Assembly: GCA_002500135.1 (NCBI GenBank)
Contig: DLSM01000004.1
Location: forward strand, 25,796-89,795
Length of the DNA stretch: 64,000 nt
Origin: Christensenella sp. UBA7862
GTDB taxonomy: Bacteria; Bacillota; Clostridia; Christensenellales; UBA1242
Direction of reading: 5' to 3'
This document shows positions 57,538 through 62,842 of this stretch, piece by piece. The notes under the pieces were generated by a model. It saw only the letters and a program-made list of their open reading frames with translations, did not search any database and was not told the DNA's origin. Both the position numbers and the translations under genes were made by a program. Within the stretch, counting starts at the first letter, position 1; the number at the start of each line of letters is the position of its first letter.

Positions 57538-59685
57538 CTAATAATTTACAATCAACACTTCTTCTGTGATTGATTGCCTATTTTTTGTTTGGTAATTTGA
57601 ATTAGCATAAGTATAGTTCAAAGGTATTACACGATATTTTCCTTGATTACTTTGTATCCATTCCAACAAAATTTTGTTTTCTTTGCCTTTGCTTCGTAAT
57701 ACATTCGAAAGTGCAAATCTAATGCCTTTTTCATTCAAATCGTCAAGATATTTCAATAAGTCTTTTTCGTCTTGTTCAGTCCAGCCATCTTGCTCATTGT
57801 ATGTTGCACATGTTATTAAGTATGGGGGATCTGCGTAAACGAAAGTGTTGGCATTCCAATCGTCCATTGATAATTTTTTAAAATCGTAATCCAAAAATGT
57901 ATAATCTCCACTTTTTAATCTATCAATGAATAATGATAATTTTTCTCTCATTTTATCATTAAAATCTCTTTTCCCAACTGGAAGATTAAATTCTCCCTTT
58001 TTATTAAATCTAATTTGGTTATTAAAAGAATATACAATCAAGGTGTAAAGTTGGATATAGTAATAGTAATCATAAGTCTTTCTATTATTAAAATCATTTC
58101 TTAGTTTTAAATAATGTTCATTATTATAAGCCCCCAATCCTTCGGAACTTGTGCATCCATAATACTCATAACCATTTTTAGCAGTGTTAGAAAGGTCATA
58201 TTTTTCTATTGTTTTATCGATAAAATCAAATGTGGATTGTTTATCTAAGTTTCTAAATGTTCCAAAAATGTATCTTATTAAATCATTTTTGTCATTAAAT
58301 ATAACTTTATTGCAAGGCGCATTAATTCCGACATTACCACCACCACTAAATAAATCTACAAATGTTTCAATATCTTTTGGGAAATGAGGAAATATTTGAG
58401 GAAGAAGTTTATATTTACCGCCAGTATAATTCAAAGGTGATTGAATAAGATCTTTTTTACCATAATCATAACATTCACACAAAAACAATCTTTCTTCATT
58501 TTCTTGTATATCAGATTTCCCAGCGTTAAAAGCTTTGTAGTCTTGTGAAAAAACAGATACTTTACCTTTTGCTGATAATATAGTCATGATATCCTCATCA
58601 CTAATTCTTGCATTAGATCTATCGTTTCCTTTGTTGCCCATATTGTTATAGGATAGAAGTATATATTTTGCTTTAATGTTTTTAATTAAATTAGCAAATG
58701 CTTGTGTAGCATTGGAAGTGCAGTATTCACTTTTTAAATTGGTTCTATCCATTTTTTTAGCCACACCGAACACCTCAGGCTTTTCCCATTTTGCAATATT
58801 TTCTAACAGATGGTAGGCATCACAATACTGTCTAGAATTGTATGGAGGATCAATATACACTAAATCTGCTTCAATATTTTTCACCAACTCATTCGAATCC
58901 GTATTAAAACATTGATTGTTTTCGTTATTTTCATTACTAGCTAAAGGAACCGACAATTCCAATTTCTTTTCAAATTTTCCATTTTTTATATAAGCATCAT
59001 AATGTCCACAAGTGTTTGCAATTTTATCCATAGCATATAATAAGGAAGTAATAAGAATAGCTTTTTCTCGAAAATTTATATTACCACTCTTATATAAAGT
59101 TTCTATATCTTCTCTTATATAACCAATTTTCTTACAATCCTGTTTACTGAAATATGTATCTCCAAAATTTACAGATACATAATTATCTTCATTAACAGTT
59201 GTATGGTTGTATAAACTAATTATATTAATAATTTTATCTTGAGAATATTTTTCAGGGCTAAACCATGCGATATGGCATAAATAATTAAAATACATTATAT
59301 CGTTTGTTATCAATTTTTTATCAATAAAAGCTGAAGATACCGAACCTGTACCTGCAAAAATATCGGCGACCGTTGAAATATTCGTACAATTTTCATTTAC
59401 AACTTTTTTAATAAAATCCAATAATTTATACTTATTTCCTAAATATCTTCTATTATTTATTAATGTAGTTTTGTATGTCGGATTTAAATCTTCTTCTGAT
59501 AATTTAATTTTATTTTTGTCTTCAAGTATATTTTTTAATTTATTAAAAGTTTCCAAATCCCATATATATCTACCAGTAGGAGAAGTTTTAATTGAAATCA
59601 AATTATTTTTTAACACATAATAAAATGTTGAATATTTTATATCCAATTCTTCCATTATTTGAGTTGAAGTATAAGTTTTTAACAT
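57538..59685 (-). CDS. Fused tandem N6-adenine DNA methyltransferase (two D12/Dam-class domains) with an N-terminal HTH-like segment
   Basis: Domain 1 has YLGNKYKLL, FAGTGSVS and VYIDPPYNSRQY. Domain 2 has YTGGKYKLLPQI, FSGGGNVG and VYADPPYLITCATY. The N-terminal ~55 aa (YTSTQIMEELDIKYSTFYYVLKNNLI...GRYIWDLETF) look like a MerR/excisionase-type HTH. 715 aa. Confidence 0.85.
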   Translation of the reverse strand: MLKTYTSTQIMEELDIKYSTFYYVLKNNLISIKTSPTGRYIWDLETFNKLKNILEDKNKIKLSEEDLNPTYKTTLINNRRYLGNKYKLLDFIKKVVNENCTNISTVADIFAGTGSVSSAFIDKKLITNDIMYFNYLCHIAWFSPEKYSQDKIINIISLYNHTTVNEDNYVSVNFGDTYFSKQDCKKIGYIREDIETLYKSGNINFREKAILITSLLYAMDKIANTCGHYDAYIKNGKFEKKLELSVPLASNENNENNQCFNTDSNELVKNIEADLVYIDPPYNSRQYCDAYHLLENIAKWEKPEVFGVAKKMDRTNLKSEYCTSNATQAFANLIKNIKAKYILLSYNNMGNKGNDRSNARISDEDIMTILSAKGKVSVFSQDYKAFNAGKSDIQENEERLFLCECYDYGKKDLIQSPLNYTGGKYKLLPQIFPHFPKDIETFVDLFSGGGNVGINAPCNKVIFNDKNDLIRYIFGTFRNLDKQSTFDFIDKTIEKYDLSNTAKNGYEYYGCTSSEGLGAYNNEHYLKLRNDFNNRKTYDYYYYIQLYTLIVYSFNNQIRFNKKGEFNLPVGKRDFNDKMREKLSLFIDRLKSGDYTFLDYDFKKLSMDDWNANTFVYADPPYLITCATYNEQDGWTEQDEKDLLKYLDDLNEKGIRFALSNVLRSKGKENKILLEWIQSNQGKYRVIPLNYTYANSNYQTKNRQSITEEVLIVNY

Positions 59686-59728
59686 TAATCAATCTCCTTA
59701 TGCAACTATTTTATTATACATATTAGAC

Positions 59729-59757
59729 ATTATAGCACATAAATGGCACAAAATCAA
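59729..59757 (-). promoter_or_regulatory. Strong SigA-type promoter upstream of the methylase gene
   Basis: Minus strand reads TTGATT (59757-59752), a 17-nt spacer, then TGcTATAAT (extended -10; TATAAT at 59734-59729). It lies about 45 nt upstream of the ATG at 59685. Confidence 0.6.
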
Positions 59758-59840
59758 AGGAATATGCATTTTTTATAATAAATTCTGGATGCACTTTAGA
59801 AATAGCATCCTTAATGTAATTTAATAAACTGGCATTTAAA

Positions 59841-59898
59841 CGTGTGCTTGTCTTGATACAAGTCGGTGTCGCTACGCTCCACCGAAGACAAGCACACG
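59841..59898. repeat. Perfect 14-bp inverted repeat forming a compound hairpin
   Basis: CGTGTGCTTGTCTT (59841-59854) pairs with AAGACAAGCACACG (59885-59898). Inside the 30-nt loop, CGGTG (59864-59868) pairs with CACCG (59880-59884). The element is locally GC-rich within AT-rich DNA. Confidence 0.6.
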
Positions 59899-59984
59899 AA
59901 CACAAAGCAATTAAACAATATAAACTAAATGAACTACAAGAATATAAAACAACTAAACAAAAACACATTTCTCTTGAACAAACA

Positions 59985-60052
59985 TTGCCGAGTGAAAAAG
60001 AGGTTTGCGCGCGAGGCTATACGCAAAACCTCTTTTTTTTACCACTCGGCAA
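59985..60052. terminator. Long imperfect hairpin containing a rho-independent terminator (readable on both strands)
   Basis: Inner stem GAGGTTTGCG / CGCAAAACCTC is followed by T8 on the plus strand. Outer arms TTGCCGAGTG (59985-59994) and CACTCGGCAA (60043-60052) pair. The minus-strand reading also ends in CTTTTTC. Confidence 0.6.
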
Positions 60053-60329
60053 ATTGTATTGTAATTTGTTCTTAAATTTCAATATTGTTGTTTCAAGACA
60101 TTATTCAAATACATAACTATGAGCATTGTTAATGTTCTAGTTATTCCAAAATCATTAAAGTATATTTTCTTTATTTAATCTCCTTTACTCGCTTTTGGTG
60201 TCTTTTGTAGCATAGTTTTCCCCTAAGTCAAGGGAAACAAATATTGTTTATGTAATCTACTAGATTGAACATTCAGTCTAGTATTTTTTTTATTGCAATA
60301 ATATTCCAACACAATATTTCTTTCTTCTT

Positions 60330-60357
60330 CCTTGACTTCTTGTATTAAAACTTTAAG
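60330..60357 (+). promoter_or_regulatory. Repeated promoter-like motif, copy 1 (CCTTGAC-N8-TTAAAACTTTAAG), 68 nt upstream of the sigma-like gene
   Basis: ccttgacttcttgtattaaaactttaag. A near-identical motif occurs at 62734-62760. An inverted copy of AAGTCAAGG lies at 60226-60234. Confidence 0.45.
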
Positions 60358-60424
60358 GGTTATGTTTTGTATCCAAACTCTGCTCCAACGACACTTGCCA
60401 AAAGGCGGATAAAGGAGAAAATAT

Positions 60425-61054
60425 ATGAACAAAAGAAAAAATGAAATACTAGAAAATAATGTTGTAATTAGTTTAGACAACATTGAAAAAATCTCAAAAG
60501 TTATTGCACTGGCTAGTCTAAGCAATTTTGAAAAGTATGCTTATTCAAGCTCAAAAAGAATAGAGTTTTTACACAAGCAATTACAAAAAGATATTCGTCA
60601 TCACAGTGAATTAGATTGCTATTCAGACGCTTACGATTTAGTTCAAGAAGCGAGTTTATTTTTACTAAAATTTGTAGGTCAAAGACTTGGAGATAACTGT
60701 ACTTTTATTAAATCTACTGCAAAAGCTCCACAAACAATTTCAATTAGAATGGCTTGTTTCAAAACATTGTTTGCATATCTAAGAAAAGAAATGAAAAACG
60801 GAAACTCTGAAAACGAAGAATTACTTGAGTTTATTCCTGCAAAAGATTGTTTTGGAGAAGAAAAATCAAATTACACAAAAGTAAATAAGATTATTAAATG
60901 TTTAGTAACCAACAAATTAGAAAGTCAAATTTTAGAGTATTACTACAATGGTGTTGAAGTAAAACTTATTGCCGAGTTTTTAGGAGTTAGCACAGACATT
61001 GTTTACAAACGCAGAAGAAAATTCAAAGATAGATATTTAGCATATTGTATATAA
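60425..61054 (+). CDS. Sigma-70-family-like regulator (regions 2 and 4 only), mobile-element type
   Basis: YDLVQEASLFLLKF is region 2-like. The C-terminal LESQILEYYYNGVEVKLIAEFLGVSTDIVYKRRRKFKDRY is a region 4.2-like HTH. AAAGGAG lies upstream of the ATG. It resembles the small sigma-like proteins of Tn916-type elements. Confidence 0.55.
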   Translation: MNKRKNEILENNVVISLDNIEKISKVIALASLSNFEKYAYSSSKRIEFLHKQLQKDIRHHSELDCYSDAYDLVQEASLFLLKFVGQRLGDNCTFIKSTAKAPQTISIRMACFKTLFAYLRKEMKNGNSENEELLEFIPAKDCFGEEKSNYTKVNKIIKCLVTNKLESQILEYYYNGVEVKLIAEFLGVSTDIVYKRRRKFKDRYLAYCI

Positions 61055-61060
61055 AAGTAT

Positions 61061-61090
61061 AGGCTCACATCAAAAATGTGGGCTTTTTAT
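61061..61090 (+). terminator. Rho-independent terminator after the sigma-like gene
   Basis: GGCTCACAT-caaaa-ATGTGGGCT (one G:U pair) followed by TTTTT. Confidence 0.65.
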
Positions 61091-61667
61091 GTGCGAATTT
61101 TGAATTTGACCTTAACTTTTCTATTTTTCGTGGCTTATATATGTAAGGTGTTACAAAAATGATACAAAATTGAAACAAGAACCGAACAAACCTGATACAC
61201 AAATGAGATACCAATGTTTTTAAGTTAGTGCTATTGTCTAATTGTATCACAAAAATTTAGTATTTTTTTGACTATATTAGTTTAGTTTTCGTTTATACAA
61301 ACTACTATTTTGTTTAGTTTTTATATGGATAAAGTATGGGTGTAGTTTCTTGTATTTTTTAAAAATTTAGATATGCTTTTTGTGTGAGGTAATCAAAAAA
61401 TCTAAAGTTTTTTTACAACTAAATACAAAAACTATACCAGAAAATACAATAATGTTACCAGTAATGTCATTCAAAACTTAAATTTTTTGTGATACCTTTA
61501 CAATGAATTAAAAATAGACAACGCAAAAATGACAAAACCGAGAAGATAGTTTATTGGTTTGCTTTTAGCCAAAATTAAAAGCCAGTGGTTGCATTTTATG
61601 GGCGTAGAAAAGAAAACTTTTCTATGTCCTTTTTAATTCCAAATTTTCAAAAAAGGAGTTAAAAATT

Positions 61668-61802
61668 ATGCAAAAACTAGAAATTGAATTTGAAAACGAA
61701 CTAGATTTAACCTTACTAGACAATGAATTTTTTGTTGCAATGTTGAATCAGATTATGCTTTTCAAAAAATGCGAGGTGCAATATGGACTATCCCAAAACT
61801 AA
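61668..61802 (+). CDS. Possible 44-aa ORF overlapping the Rep start
   Basis: My own reading gives AAGGAG 10 nt upstream of ATG 61668 and the translation MQKLEIEFENELDLTLLDNEFFVAMLNQIMLFKKCEVQYGLSQN. It is below the track cutoff and has no homology evidence. Confidence 0.3.
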   Translation: MQKLEIEFENELDLTLLDNEFFVAMLNQIMLFKKCEVQYGLSQN

Positions 61803-62664
61803 AGTATATTTTGATGGTAGTCATTTTATTGGAATACCACCTGAAAAACAAATATGGAAGAAACGAAAGAATACAAAACCAAAACAAAAAGATGAAATAC
61901 AAGAAAAAGTTAAAGAGTTATACAAAGCCGAAACTGGAACAAAGAAAGAAAAAACTGAAAAAGTTATTGAAAAAATAAATGAAGAAATTAAAGATGAAGA
62001 AAAAGTGAAAGAGATTGTAAAAGCAACTTTAGAAAAAGAAAAAAGGAATAAAATTGTTAGACTTACGAGATTGTATAGAAAAATTGGTTTGCAACAATGG
62101 ACACACTTTTGCACTTTTACTTACGATAGCTTCAAACTAACCGAAGAAGAATTCAGAAAGAAATTACTTACTTGTTTAAGACATCTATCTCATAGAAAAA
62201 ACTGGAAATACATTGGAGTGTTTGAACGAAGTCCAAAACTAGAAAGACTACATTTTCATGGAATATTTGTAATTGCTGAAATGGTTGGCGAGATTATTGA
62301 AACAAAAGATTATTCCACTAAAACACATCAAATGCAGATTACTCACCAAAACACATTCTTTTTAGAAAGATTTGGAAGAAACGATTTCAAGGAGATAATC
62401 AACAATGTTGGTGTTAATGATGCAGTTAATTATATTATGAAATACATTCGAAAAACTGGTGAAAAAGTTATTTATTCAAAGCACTTACAAACATATTTTG
62501 TTACAGATATTTTAGACGATGATGTTGTTTGCAGAATTGGTCAAGAAGATAGAAAAATATTGCTTTTTGATGATTTCAAATGTTTAGATTTTGAAACTGG
62601 CGAAGTTTTAGGACAGCCTAGCAAAAACAAAGATTTAATAAATAAACTACCCAAAGCTTATTGA
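61783..62664 (+). CDS. HUH rolling-circle replication initiator (Rep) with a two-tyrosine motif
   Basis: Motif I FCTFTY, motif II HFHGIFVI (HUH), motif III NYIMKYIRK (Y-x3-Y). Compare phiX174 gpA YVAKYVNK. The N-terminal ~90 aa are K/E-rich. Confidence 0.7.
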   Translation: MDYPKTKVYFDGSHFIGIPPEKQIWKKRKNTKPKQKDEIQEKVKELYKAETGTKKEKTEKVIEKINEEIKDEEKVKEIVKATLEKEKRNKIVRLTRLYRKIGLQQWTHFCTFTYDSFKLTEEEFRKKLLTCLRHLSHRKNWKYIGVFERSPKLERLHFHGIFVIAEMVGEIIETKDYSTKTHQMQITHQNTFFLERFGRNDFKEIINNVGVNDAVNYIMKYIRKTGEKVIYSKHLQTYFVTDILDDDVVCRIGQEDRKILLFDDFKCLDFETGEVLGQPSKNKDLINKLPKAY

Positions 62665-62666
62665 TT

Positions 62667-62808
62667 GTCTTTCGGTTACAGAGCATAAACGAAAACTCTT
62701 TCTTGTCAAGGGTAAAATGTATTGATTCTCAACCCTTGACAAGAAAATTAAAACTTTAAGAATTAAGAAAACAATCCCTTTTCGTTTCTTTTCGCTCTGT
62801 CGAAAGAC
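62667..62808. repeat. Nested inverted repeats between Rep and the recombinase gene
   Basis: Three arm pairs, from outside in:
- Outer arms: GTCTTTCGgttACAGAGC (62667-62684) pairs with GCTCTGTCGAAAGAC (62794-62808).
- Middle arms: AAACGAAAA (62687-62695) pairs with TTTTCGTTT (62779-62787).
- Inner arms, a perfect 14 bp: TTTCTTGTCAAGGG (62699-62712) pairs with CCCTTGACAAGAAA (62733-62746). Confidence 0.7.
62734..62760 (+). promoter_or_regulatory. Repeated promoter-like motif, copy 2 (CCTTGAC-N7-TTAAAACTTTAAG), 83 nt upstream of the recombinase gene
   Basis: ccttgacaagaaaattaaaactttaag. It shares CCTTGAC and TTAAAACTTTAAG with copy 1 at 60330-60357. The TTGACA element lies within the right arm of the inner palindrome. 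Confidence 0.45.
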
Positions 62809-62842
62809 AAAAATAAAACTTAATAAAAGGAGAATAAATAAA

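Noticed and set aside
47953-59685. Classification of the four-gene block as DISARM.
   Set aside because: There is no PLD-domain (DrmC-like, HxK) protein and no separate DrmB. The DUF1998 domain is fused to the helicase as in DruE. The methylase/endonuclease pair is a self-sufficient Type IIS R-M by motif content.
59841-60052. Retron msr/msd, a CRISPR leader/repeat, or a tRNA fragment serving as an att site.
   Set aside because: There is no reverse transcriptase or cas gene in the window, no repeated spacer-repeat periodicity, and no T-arm/anticodon-arm pattern in the GC-rich hairpin.
59723-60116. ORFs 59723-59968 (minus, 81 aa) and 59844-60116 (plus, 90 aa) in the R-M/mobile-element spacer.
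   Set aside because: Both run straight through the two hairpin elements. They have no SD and Cys-rich or otherwise implausible sequences. The region is better explained as structured noncoding DNA or RNA.
60223-60525. 100-aa minus-strand ORF overlapping the sigma-like gene start.
   Set aside because: It has no SD, overlaps the promoter-like motif and the well-supported plus-strand gene, and has a hydrophobic low-complexity translation.
61769-61978. 69-aa K-rich plus-strand ORF in an alternative frame of the Rep N-terminus.
   Set aside because: It is a frame-shifted reading of the A-rich K/E-coding region of Rep. The Rep frame continues into the conserved HUH and Tyr motifs.
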